Part shown: positions 9,811-18,740 of the stretch, piece by piece
How positions within the stretch are numbered: position 1 is the stretch's first letter
Layout of the letters: every line of letters begins with the position of its first letter
Source of the DNA: Bacteroidia bacterium
GTDB taxonomy: Bacteria; Bacteroidota; Bacteroidia; NS11-12g; UBA955
Length of the DNA: 64,000 nucleotides
Direction of reading: 5' to 3'
Assembly: GCA_044357345.1 (NCBI GenBank)
Contig: JBIKPR010000002.1
Coordinates: 21,914-85,913 of the forward strand
Notes under the pieces: generated by a model
What the model saw: the letters and a program-made list of their open reading frames with translations, nothing else
Told to the model about the DNA's origin: nothing
Database searches by the model: none
Translations under genes and position numbers: made by a program

Positions 9811-10881
9811 TTATTTTCTGCCCATTTCTCTTAAGTGTGCAACGTGCGATGCTACAGCTAAGCGAACTTTAGGGTATTCGATGTATTTGATGTTGTATTC
9901 TTTACAAACATCTTTAACGATTTCACTGATCGCTGGATAGTGAATATGTGAAATGTGTGGGAACAAGTGGTGTTCGATTTGGAAGTTTAATCCGCCTGTA
10001 AACCAAGAAACGAATTTGCTTTTGGTTGCAAAGTTGGCAGTAGTTTTTAATTGGTGAACAGCCCATTCGTCTTCAACTTTACCAGTTTGAACATCTGGAA
10101 CAGGGAAGTGGGTATCAGAAACTGTATGGGCCAATTGGAACACCAAACTAAGAACGATACCAGCGAATAAACCATAAGTTAAGAAACCGATTAACCAAGC
10201 TTGGAAACCTACCACAGCAATTGGAACAATAACGAACAATACCAAGTGCAATGCTTTAAAGCCCCAAAAAGTAAAGTGCTCGCTTAAGCTCATTTTTTTA
10301 ATTGGCATTTCTCCTACACGCTTTAAGAAATACTTCTTGTAGTCGGTAAAGAAAATCCAATAGATGTACAACAACGAGTAAGCCATTAAGAAGTAGATGT
10401 GTTGGAAACGGTGGATTTTATATCTTTTTTGGGTTTCGCAAAGTCTTAAGAAAGGTTTTGCGTTGATGTCATCATCCATCCCTTCGATGTTGGTAAATGT
10501 GTGGTGAACAACATTGTGCTTAGTCTTCCACATGAACACGTTCGCGCCCAAGACGTTTAATGATAAGCCAGCCAATTCGTTTAACCATTTCTTTTGGCTA
10601 AAACTACCATGCGCGCCATCGTGCATGATGTTAAAACCTATTGCCGAAGTTAAAGCGCCTAACAACATGCATTCAATAAGGCTGATTGCAAGGATTGGGG
10701 AGGTGAAAAATATTAAGTGAACGTATACAGCAATGAAACTGGTAACTAGGATAATTGCTTTTGAGTATAATTTAGCATTACCGGTTGGTTTTGATTTGAT
10801 CTCAACGAAATAATCGTTTATGCGTTTTCTAAGCTCAGCATGGAACGAATTTGTTGGATTTAAAAATTTAGGGACAATCAT
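9811..10881 (-). CDS. membrane fatty-acid desaturase
   Basis: Three His boxes (HDGAHGS, HNVVHH, QIEHHLFP) plus TM segments. The internal ATG (MIVPKF...) is preferred over the track start at 10911. Confidence 0.85.
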   Translation of the reverse strand: MIVPKFLNPTNSFHAELRKRINDYFVEIKSKPTGNAKLYSKAIILVTSFIAVYVHLIFFTSPILAISLIECMLLGALTSAIGFNIMHDGAHGSFSQKKWLNELAGLSLNVLGANVFMWKTKHNVVHHTFTNIEGMDDDINAKPFLRLCETQKRYKIHRFQHIYFLMAYSLLYIYWIFFTDYKKYFLKRVGEMPIKKMSLSEHFTFWGFKALHLVLFVIVPIAVVGFQAWLIGFLTYGLFAGIVLSLVFQLAHTVSDTHFPVPDVQTGKVEDEWAVHQLKTTANFATKSKFVSWFTGGLNFQIEHHLFPHISHIHYPAISEIVKDVCKEYNIKYIEYPKVRLAVASHVAHLREMGRK

Positions 10882-11069
10882 GAATAATTTATTTTGATTA
10901 TAAAGATACAAAGTTAATGCAATTAAGTTTAAATACTTGAATGATTATGCTCATAAAAATGCAGGTATTTGCGATGTGATTGATAAATAAGGTATTAAAT
11001 ATACGGGAATAGCACAGAAATTGATGAAGATTTGTGTTGTATTGTTGCGATAAGGGTTGTATAAAGTAT

Positions 11070-11077
11070 TATCTTTG
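11070..11077 (+). promoter_or_regulatory. Bacteroidota -7 promoter box upstream of the rluB-like gene
   Basis: tatctttg, 8 nt before the ATG at 11086. This implies a very short or absent leader. Confidence 0.4.
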
Positions 11078-11085
11078 CAAGTTCA

Positions 11086-13077
11086 ATGCCTTTACGTAAA
11101 AATAACTCGGGAAAGTCTTCAGGACCCTTTAAGAAATCAGATGGTAGAAAGCCAGCTGATTCTTATAAAAAATCTGCGGGTCGTTCAGATTCAAATTCGA
11201 AATTTGGAGGAAGAGATTCTTCATTCAAAAAACCAAGAACCAATGACGATTCAAATGAATTAGCACCTCCTCGTTTCTTGCCGCCACGTGATGGCAACAA
11301 ATCATACGGACGCAAAGGTCCAGATAGCCGCGGTGGAAAACCAGCAGGTAGAGGCTACGGCAGCGACCGTGAAGACAGAGGATTCAATTCGGATTCGCGC
11401 AAACCAAGTTACCCAAGATCAGAAGAAGGTGGAAGCAGACCTCCTTACAAAAAACGCGAAGGCGGGTATGGCGATTCTGACTTTAAAAAACCAAGTTACC
11501 CAAGATCAGAAGAAGGTGGAAGCAGACCTCCTTACAAAAAACGCGAAGGCGGGTATGGCGATTCTGACTTTAAAAAACCAAGTTACCCAAGATCAGAAGA
11601 AGGTGGAAGCAGACCTCCTTACAAAAAACGCGAAGGCGGGTATGGCGATTCTGACTTTAAAAAACCTAGTTACCCAAGATCAGAAGAAGGTGGAAGCAGA
11701 CCTCCTTACAAAAAACGCGAAGGCGGGTATGGCGATTCTGACTTTAAAAAACCTAGTTATCCTAGAAATTCAGAAGAAGGTGGTAGCAGACCCCCATACA
11801 AAAAACGCGAAGGCGGATATGGTGATTCTGACTTTAAAAAACCTAGTTACCCTAGAAATTCAGAAGAAGGAAGCGGTAGAGCGCCATATAAGAAAAGAGA
11901 AGATAGCGCTAGAGATGGCGGATATAAGAAACCAGGATACAACAATGGATCTAACGATGCTGGTGGATACTCTCCATACAAAAAGCGCGAAGGTGCATCC
12001 GATGAAGGTGGCTACAAAAAATCAGCTTACTCCAAATCAGGTGATCAAGGTGGTGGATATTCTCCATACAAGAAAAGAGAATCAAGCGAGGGCGGGTATA
12101 AAAAGCCAGGGTTCGACCGCAATGCCGATGGCAAAGCACCTTATAAAAATAGAGAAGGCGATGGCCGCGATGGCGGATATGCTGGTAAATCAAATAACTA
12201 CCGCAGAAATGCAGATGACCAAGGTCCAAAAAGGCCTTTTAAACCAGAAGGCGAGGCTGATAAACCATTCAGACCGAAATACGATCCACAGGTTCAGATT
12301 AGAAAATCATATTCAGATAGAAAGAAGGAATTAACTGGAACACAAGACAGTCCAGATGATATTCGTTTAAATAAATACATCGCCAATTCTGGTGTTTGCA
12401 GTAGAAGAGAGGCGGATGATGTAATCAAACAAGGTTTAGTAAACATCAATGGAACTGTGGTAACAGAAATGGGACACCGCGTAAAGAAAGGTGATGTAGT
12501 TAAATTTGACGGAAGAAAAATTCTACCAGAACCATTCGTTTATATTTTAATGAATAAGCCAAAAGATTTTATAACGACCACAGACGATGAAAAAGGTCGT
12601 AAAACTGTTGTTGATTTATTGGCTGATAAAATACCTCAAAGGGTATATCCAATTGGTCGTTTGGACAGAAACACAACTGGTGTTTTGTTGTTGACCAACG
12701 ATGGCGATGTTGCCCAAGCGTTAACACACCCATCATTCCAAATTAAAAAAATTTACCATGCTGTCTTGGATAAAAAAGTAAGTGGCACCGATTTGGACAA
12801 ATTGGTTGAAGGTATAGAACTAGAAGACGGTGTGGTGCATGCAGATGCAGTGGCATTCGTCGACAATGAAGACAAACGCAATGTAGGTGTTGAAATCCAC
12901 AGTGGAAAAAACCGAGTTGTGAGAAGAATGTTTGAGCATTTGGGTTACGAAGTTGAGAAACTCGACCGCGTAAGCATGGGTATATTTACAAAGAAAGATT
13001 TGCCAAGAGGTAAGTGGAGATTTCTTAAGGAAAGCGAAATTGGTTTCTTAATGAAGCTAAAGGCCAACATGCCTTAA
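11086..13077 (+). CDS. rluB: RluB/RsuA-family 23S rRNA pseudouridine synthase with a roughly 400-aa repetitive low-complexity N-terminal extension
   Basis: The C-terminal 250 aa has an S4 domain (IRLNKYIANSGVCSRREAD) and the catalytic motif GRLDRNTTGVLLLTNDG. The N-terminus is a K/R/G/S/Y/P/E/D-rich tandem repeat. Confidence 0.85.
   Translation: MPLRKNNSGKSSGPFKKSDGRKPADSYKKSAGRSDSNSKFGGRDSSFKKPRTNDDSNELAPPRFLPPRDGNKSYGRKGPDSRGGKPAGRGYGSDREDRGFNSDSRKPSYPRSEEGGSRPPYKKREGGYGDSDFKKPSYPRSEEGGSRPPYKKREGGYGDSDFKKPSYPRSEEGGSRPPYKKREGGYGDSDFKKPSYPRSEEGGSRPPYKKREGGYGDSDFKKPSYPRNSEEGGSRPPYKKREGGYGDSDFKKPSYPRNSEEGSGRAPYKKREDSARDGGYKKPGYNNGSNDAGGYSPYKKREGASDEGGYKKSAYSKSGDQGGGYSPYKKRESSEGGYKKPGFDRNADGKAPYKNREGDGRDGGYAGKSNNYRRNADDQGPKRPFKPEGEADKPFRPKYDPQVQIRKSYSDRKKELTGTQDSPDDIRLNKYIANSGVCSRREADDVIKQGLVNINGTVVTEMGHRVKKGDVVKFDGRKILPEPFVYILMNKPKDFITTTDDEKGRKTVVDLLADKIPQRVYPIGRLDRNTTGVLLLTNDGDVAQALTHPSFQIKKIYHAVLDKKVSGTDLDKLVEGIELEDGVVHADAVAFVDNEDKRNVGVEIHSGKNRVVRRMFEHLGYEVEKLDRVSMGIFTKKDLPRGKWRFLKESEIGFLMKLKANMP
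11401..11925 (+). repeat. in-frame 87-bp (29-codon) tandem repeat, six copies
   Basis: Copies at 11401, 11488 and 11575 are identical. The copy at 11662 has 1 substitution. The copy at 11749 has a 3-nt insertion plus synonymous changes. The copy at 11839 is diverging. The unit encodes KPSYPRSEEGGSRPPYKKREGGYGDSDFK, and a degenerate YKKRE periodicity continues to about 12230. Confidence 0.9.
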
Positions 13078-13140
13078 GTCATTTTTTTGTAAAAAAAACG
13101 ATTTTTTGCCTTCATAGTTTTTTGTAACTTTACATAAACT

Positions 13141-13839
13141 ATGAAGGCATTTTTATTGTTACATGATGTTTTGGATTTGTTTTATCCAAACATTTGTCCA
13201 GGCTGTGATAAACCCAAACAGTCGAGCGAAAAATACTTTTGCATATACTGCGAGTTGCAGTTGCCAAAGACAAATTTTGTCTCTATGCACGACAATTCGG
13301 TTTACAAACTTTTTGCTGGTCGAGTGCCTATAGATTCTGCGGATGCATGGTTGTATTTTGTCAAAAAGGGCATGGTTCAGAAGTTGATGCACAGTTTGAA
13401 GTATAAGGGAAATGAAGCGTTAGGGGAGCATTTGGGGTATTTATACGGGCTTGATCTAAAGTCCAATCGCTTATTGAACTTGCCTCAATGTATTTGTGCG
13501 GTGCCTTTGCATCCCGACAAACTTAAGACTAGAGGATTTAATCAAGCAGCAGCAATAGCTAGGGGTATGGCGAAGGCACTGGAAATTCCATTTCTAGATC
13601 ATTTCATTATAAGGAAAGAAAACGCAAAGTCACAGACCCGAAAAAAGCGTTTTGACCGCTGGGCTTCATCTGTGCTATCCTACCAAATAAATACTGAATT
13701 GTCTTGTCCTTTTCAGAGGGTAGCCTTGGTAGATGATGTAATTACCACTGGTTCGACATTGGAAATTTGTGCCACCTTGTTAAATGAAATTGGCATTGAT
13801 AAAGTTCAGGTTTTTGCGCTGTGCCAAGCAATCAATTAA
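13141..13839 (+). CDS. comF: ComF family protein (phosphoribosyltransferase domain)
   Basis: N-terminal CPGC...C..C zinc-finger-like Cys pairs and a C-terminal PRTase motif VALVDDVITTGSTL. Confidence 0.8.
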   Translation: MKAFLLLHDVLDLFYPNICPGCDKPKQSSEKYFCIYCELQLPKTNFVSMHDNSVYKLFAGRVPIDSADAWLYFVKKGMVQKLMHSLKYKGNEALGEHLGYLYGLDLKSNRLLNLPQCICAVPLHPDKLKTRGFNQAAAIARGMAKALEIPFLDHFIIRKENAKSQTRKKRFDRWASSVLSYQINTELSCPFQRVALVDDVITTGSTLEICATLLNEIGIDKVQVFALCQAIN

Positions 13840-13844
13840 TTTAG

Positions 13845-13852
13845 TATATTTG
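13845..13852 (+). promoter_or_regulatory. Bacteroidota -7 promoter box
   Basis: tatatttg, 20 nt upstream of the ATG at 13872. Confidence 0.4.
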
Positions 13853-13871
13853 CAAAAAAAGCATCGTACTA

Positions 13872-16800
13872 ATGAAAAAAAATATTGCTACTATTTTAAT
13901 GATGAGCTGCTTAGTTGCAGTAAGTTCATTTGCGCAAAAACCCGTATCAGGTCAGGTTCAAGGAGAGAAAATTCCTTTGTATTGTGGCTCTACTGGATCG
14001 TCTTCAGCTGACTCTACCAGATTGCCTATTATGTTCCAAGCTAAAATAAATGGATTAACACCCGGTGCAAGATATAAATATTTCGCCCGTTTCATTTCTT
14101 TGAGTGATACCTCTAGTTCAACGACCACAGGAGTAGGAACGCCAATAGTTTTAAAGAAGAATGGATCATGGACTACCATTTCTAATCCTAGTATTTCAAC
14201 TGCAGGTGGGCATGATACCATATCATTGGCCTTGTCTCAGAACGAATATACTGGATGGTTTGGGGCGTTTTATACCAACGATAGCCGTTTTGCCGCAGGT
14301 AAATTTGTGTATCCGATAATTGTTTTTGAAGAAATTGGAACAGGTTCTCCTCAAACAGAAAAGGTATATTTAACCGATTCAATTGAAGTTTTGCAATTTT
14401 CAACAGCGCAAACAGCATCAAAAGGAACGGCTATATTTGGATCTTCATTTGTAAAGGCAAAGAGTATGGTTTTGTTGTATGACAACATCAATGGAACAAC
14501 TAGCAGACCTATAACTATTGCAAATACTGAGAATGACGGAATTTCTTATTCCAATATGCAAACTTGGTATAACAACAAAGTAAATACAGTTTCTGGCTCA
14601 TGGGGAAGCATTATTCCCAATAACTTATCATCTGGGATTACCAGAATTGAAAGCCGTGATGCCTTTTTCGATACCATTATTTATGCAAACACAGAAACCG
14701 ATGGAATTTGGGGAAATGATTCAACCAAAAACAGAAAAGGTGGAGCGATTAAGCCAGTTAGCATTAAAAGTGATTTCGCTCCTTTGTTAAAACCAGAATT
14801 CGAATTTGTTTCAAACTTAACCACTTTGGTGGAAGCAAATGCCACCGTTAATATGGTTGTCAGAAGAAGATATGGAAACGGTGATACCAGTAAAGTTAGC
14901 GCATTCATTGCCGCTGGAACTGCCACCAACAATGTAGACTATAGTATTTTGACATCATATCCTCTGGTATTTAAGCCATATGGAGAAGCTCTAGATACCA
15001 TTCAAGTTAAAATTAACGATGATTTTGCAAGCGAATCCACAGAGAATGTTGCCATTCGTTTGACCAATCCAATAAATGGAAGAATTGGATTCCAAACCAC
15101 CAGTTCAATAAATATTACTGACAATGATATTCCAGTAATAACATTTGCTAAAAAAACAGAAACAGTTTCAGAAGCAAAGGGTATACTTAAAGTTAGATTA
15201 AAAATTAATTCAGGTTCTAGCACTGCCACCAATGTAAGGGTGTTGGTTAAATCTAAGACCGATAGCACATTTATTCCTAGTGAATTCAAATTGGGGTCAA
15301 GCAATAAAGATACCACCGTTCAATTTGCGGGGGGTAAGGTTGTGGATAGTTTAGATTTTAACATAGCCATTATCAACGATTTATTTAAAGAAGACAGAAG
15401 CGATACCTTGATTTTGGTTTTGCGCAATCCAACAGCTCCAGCCACAATTGGCAAGGATTCATTGTTTACTTTAATTATTGTAGACAATGATGCACCCCCA
15501 ATTTACAGTTTTTCAACCAAAACAATTACCGTTAAAGAGAATGTAGGAAGTGTGAAAATAAGAATTAACAAGTTGGGTGGAAACAGCAACCAAAGTGATA
15601 TCGTTCTGTCAACTTTTGCAGATCCTAAGAATGCAAAAGCGGGTTCGGATTTTACCTTTACTGGTAGTCAATTTATTACTTTTACATCAGCAGATCCAGA
15701 TAGTTTTATTTACACTTTGCCAATTTTGGATGACAACATTAGCGAACCAAAAGAAGATGCTGTGTTTCTTATTAGAACTGCATTTAATGCTAAAATTGGA
15801 AAACCAGACACTTTAAGAATTAGCATTTTAGACAATGACCTTCCGGAATATAAAATCAATAAATTGAATTTTGGAAAAGCACCTAACTTTGTATTGGACA
15901 GTTTAAATGTTCATTGTGCTATTAGAGGTGTTGTATATGGTGTAAACATGGGACCAGTTGGCACGCCTAACGGAACTTCATTCACTGTAGTTGACAACAC
16001 AGGTGGCATACAAGTATTTAAAGGTTCAGGAGGAAACAAAGGTTATACAGTAACTGAAGGTGACAGCGTTCAAGTCTATGGTCGCGTTGCTCAAGTAAAC
16101 GGCATGGCTCAATTGACTCAATTGGACACCATTTTGTTGCTGGGTAGTGGAAGAACATTGCGCAATGCAAAAGTTGTCAGCATTCTAAACGAAACTACTG
16201 AATCAATCTTGGTTAAATACAATTTGGTGAAGTTATCAAATCCTTCAAAATGGCCAAGCACCGCTTTGGCAGCAAATACTTCAATTACTTTAAAGGTTTT
16301 AACGGCTAACGATTCGTTTGATGTGGTCATTGACAGCGAAACCGATATTGATGGCAAAGCTGCTCCAAGTGGTTTCTTTAATATTGCCGGTCTTGGCGCT
16401 CAAAACGATGCTACTAGTCCTTTTACTTCAGGTTACCAATTGTTCCCCAGAAGAATGAGTGATTTCATCAATTTAGTAGTTCCTATCTTTGGCTTCTCTA
16501 CCCCAACATCAATAGGAAAAGAAAACAGAGACTCAACAGAAGGATTTATTTTACAGTGTGCTAACTTAACCACTAACCAACAAATCAATATTGTTATAAA
16601 AGGTGGCACTGCTAATAGAAACGAAGATTACCAATCGTTGCCAAACAGATTGTTTATTTTAACTCAAGCAAATCCAAGTATCAATGTAAAATCTAAAATC
16701 AATGATGATGCAAAAATCGAGTTGAATGAGACCATCAATTGGGTAATCAGAGACAATGCATGGGGAACTTTGATTGGACCAGATAGTATACATACGGTGA

Positions 16801-17084
16801 CTTTATTGGATGATGAAACACCAAACAGTATTTTGGAATCAACTTTGGAGGCAAGAACAAAAATGTATCCTAACCCTGCAAAGCAAAATGTTACTTTGCA
16901 TTGTGAAGAAGCATTAATCAATGAGGTTGTTGTTTATGATGTTAATGGCCGTGAAGTAAAGCGCTTTGCAATGGATGCTGTAAATAAAACAGTCTTGAAT
17001 ATTGAAGGTCTTAACAATGGTATGTATACCCTTTCAATCCAAACCGATAAAGGAACAGTTGTAAAGTCATTGAGTGTTTTGTAA
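13872..17084 (+). CDS. T9SS-secreted cell-surface protein with Calx-beta-like repeats
   Basis: Signal peptide. Repeated modules end in (I/L)xDDxxxExxE (INDDFASESTE, ILDDNISEPKED, IINDLFKEDRSD). The C-terminal Por sorting domain is MYPNPAKQNVTL...GMYTLSIQTDKGTVVKSLSVL. Confidence 0.7.
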   Translation: MKKNIATILMMSCLVAVSSFAQKPVSGQVQGEKIPLYCGSTGSSSADSTRLPIMFQAKINGLTPGARYKYFARFISLSDTSSSTTTGVGTPIVLKKNGSWTTISNPSISTAGGHDTISLALSQNEYTGWFGAFYTNDSRFAAGKFVYPIIVFEEIGTGSPQTEKVYLTDSIEVLQFSTAQTASKGTAIFGSSFVKAKSMVLLYDNINGTTSRPITIANTENDGISYSNMQTWYNNKVNTVSGSWGSIIPNNLSSGITRIESRDAFFDTIIYANTETDGIWGNDSTKNRKGGAIKPVSIKSDFAPLLKPEFEFVSNLTTLVEANATVNMVVRRRYGNGDTSKVSAFIAAGTATNNVDYSILTSYPLVFKPYGEALDTIQVKINDDFASESTENVAIRLTNPINGRIGFQTTSSINITDNDIPVITFAKKTETVSEAKGILKVRLKINSGSSTATNVRVLVKSKTDSTFIPSEFKLGSSNKDTTVQFAGGKVVDSLDFNIAIINDLFKEDRSDTLILVLRNPTAPATIGKDSLFTLIIVDNDAPPIYSFSTKTITVKENVGSVKIRINKLGGNSNQSDIVLSTFADPKNAKAGSDFTFTGSQFITFTSADPDSFIYTLPILDDNISEPKEDAVFLIRTAFNAKIGKPDTLRISILDNDLPEYKINKLNFGKAPNFVLDSLNVHCAIRGVVYGVNMGPVGTPNGTSFTVVDNTGGIQVFKGSGGNKGYTVTEGDSVQVYGRVAQVNGMAQLTQLDTILLLGSGRTLRNAKVVSILNETTESILVKYNLVKLSNPSKWPSTALAANTSITLKVLTANDSFDVVIDSETDIDGKAAPSGFFNIAGLGAQNDATSPFTSGYQLFPRRMSDFINLVVPIFGFSTPTSIGKENRDSTEGFILQCANLTTNQQINIVIKGGTANRNEDYQSLPNRLFILTQANPSINVKSKINDDAKIELNETINWVIRDNAWGTLIGPDSIHTVTLLDDETPNSILESTLEARTKMYPNPAKQNVTLHCEEALINEVVVYDVNGREVKRFAMDAVNKTVLNIEGLNNGMYTLSIQTDKGTVVKSLSVL

Positions 17085-17102
17085 ACTAAAAAATAATTTT
17101 AA

Positions 17103-17129
17103 AAGCGCCTTGAAAAAGGCGCTTTTTTT
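17103..17129 (+). terminator. Rho-independent terminator
   Basis: aagcgcctt-gaaa-aaggcgctt followed by T6. Confidence 0.65.
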
Positions 17130-17140
17130 ATGTTAATCAA

Positions 17141-17800
17141 ATGAAAAAACAATATTTCACAGACGCTTATTTGCATTTCTTTATGGACTTAGCGTCAAAC
17201 AACCATAAAGATTGGTTTGATCAAAACCGCAGCCGCTATCAAACAGAAGTTAAAGCTAAGTTTGAGATTTTAGTGGGCGACCTCATCGAGGCATTGAAAA
17301 AAGATGCCGAATTGGGCGATTTAAAGGCCGGTGACTGTATTTTCAGAATCAACAAAGACATTCGCTTTAGTAAGGATAAATCGCCTTACAAATTGCAAAT
17401 GTCAGCGCTTATTGTAAAAGGTGGGAAAAAACAAATGCATGATCCTGGTTTATACATCGAACTTGGCCCCGAATTTTTAAATATTTATACTGGTTTTTAC
17501 ATGCCAGATAAAGAACAGCTCTTAAATATTCGAGAAAAAATTGCAGCAGATCCAAAAGGGTTTAGCAAAGTAATTAACGACAAAGGATTTAAGCAGTCTT
17601 TTGGTGAAGTGAGGGGCGATAAGTCTAAGATAATTCCAAAAGAATTAAAGGAAGCAGCTAAGGAGCAGGAATTGATCTTTAACAAACGGTTTTACTTGGT
17701 ACACCAGGTGGATGCCGATAAAATATTGGAAGATGATTTGTTGGGATACATAGTGAAACATTTCAAAGCAGCAGCCCAATTTAACCGCTTTCTTAATTAA
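17141..17800 (+). CDS. DUF2461 (TIGR02453) family protein
   Basis: FF.DL..NN.KDWF..N...Y and INKDIRFSKDKSPYK signature. Confidence 0.75.
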   Translation: MKKQYFTDAYLHFFMDLASNNHKDWFDQNRSRYQTEVKAKFEILVGDLIEALKKDAELGDLKAGDCIFRINKDIRFSKDKSPYKLQMSALIVKGGKKQMHDPGLYIELGPEFLNIYTGFYMPDKEQLLNIREKIAADPKGFSKVINDKGFKQSFGEVRGDKSKIIPKELKEAAKEQELIFNKRFYLVHQVDADKILEDDLLGYIVKHFKAAAQFNRFLN

Positions 17801-17839
17801 TATAGGGTGAATGCCGAAATTGGCATGTAATTTTGTTGC

Positions 17840-18409
17840 ATGCTTAATTTCCAAGAAATCTTAACTGTTTCGTTTACGCTTTTTGCTGTAATTGATATCA
17901 TTGGTTCTATTCCAGTGGTTATCGACTTGCGCACTAAGATAGGTCATATTCAGTCTGAGGTTGCCACGCTAACTGCGGGTTTGCTCATGACTTTGTTCTT
18001 CTTTGTGGGTGAGAATTTCTTGAATTTATTGGGAATCGATATCCATTCATTTGCCTTAGCTGGTTCAATTGTGATTTTTATTATTGGATTAGAAATGGTT
18101 TTAGGAAGAGATTTATTTAAGGTAGATCCAGATCCAAAATCGGGTAGTATAGTTCCTATAGCATTTCCAATTATTGCAGGAAGTGGAACTTTAACCACCA
18201 TTATGTCTTTAAAATCTGAATTTGAAGCAGTGAATATTTATATTGGAATAATCATCAACTTGATAGTTGTTTATTTGGTTTTGAAATCGACCAATCGAAT
18301 CGAAAAAATATTAGGCAAAGGCGGCTTATTGGTTATTCGTAAATTCTTTGGCGTAATACTTATCGCTATTGCCGTTAAGATATTTAAAGGGAATTTGATG
18401 GCGGTGTAA
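17840..18409 (+). CDS. MarC family (UPF0056) integral membrane protein
   Basis: 189 aa, six predicted TM segments, N-terminal FTLFAVIDIIGSIPV pattern. Confidence 0.75.
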   Translation: MLNFQEILTVSFTLFAVIDIIGSIPVVIDLRTKIGHIQSEVATLTAGLLMTLFFFVGENFLNLLGIDIHSFALAGSIVIFIIGLEMVLGRDLFKVDPDPKSGSIVPIAFPIIAGSGTLTTIMSLKSEFEAVNIYIGIIINLIVVYLVLKSTNRIEKILGKGGLLVIRKFFGVILIAIAVKIFKGNLMAV

Positions 18410-18414
18410 TTTTT

Positions 18415-18672
18415 GGGCGCCTTCCCGTGCCCTTTGTCTGCGCTTTGCTCCGGCTTTGTGGCCAAAGCGCCACAAGAGCTGCACATCGGTCATCGGGGCG
18501 CAAAAAGAGAGTGAGAATGAAAGCGAATGCGGATTAGGTTGACGAGGAGCATGTCATTCAAAATGAAGTAAACAACTACTGCATCATCTCGCTGATGGCG
18601 TTTTTGGCAGGAACTAAGCGCAACGAAGTGTATCGTTCTCACGAGCTTGCGAGTACTCCAACAACATGTTTC
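18415..18672. repeat. GC-richer mosaic intergenic repeat cluster containing a REP unit with an expanded loop
   Basis: 18568-18669 reads gtaaacaactac...ggcgtttttggcagg[about 48-nt block]ctccaacaacatgt. The arms match the RAYT-flanking REPs, and the inserted block matches 41199-41233 in the inverse orientation. 18506-18530 carries the gagagtgagaatgaaagcgaat module also seen at 48.66, 48.77 and 52.54 kb. Confidence 0.75.
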
Positions 18673-18740
18673 AATTTTTTAAATTTCACGTTGAAAGGTC
18701 TTTCATAAAGAAATTCCTTTGGGTTTTCCTTAATTAAAAA

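Noticed and set aside
11288-12334. 348-aa ORF in an alternative frame inside the rluB-like gene
   Set aside because: It is an artefact of the 87-bp tandem repeat, which keeps a second frame open. It has its own repetitive low-complexity translation and no independent start context, and it lies fully within a frame that continues into a bona fide S4/pseudouridine-synthase domain.
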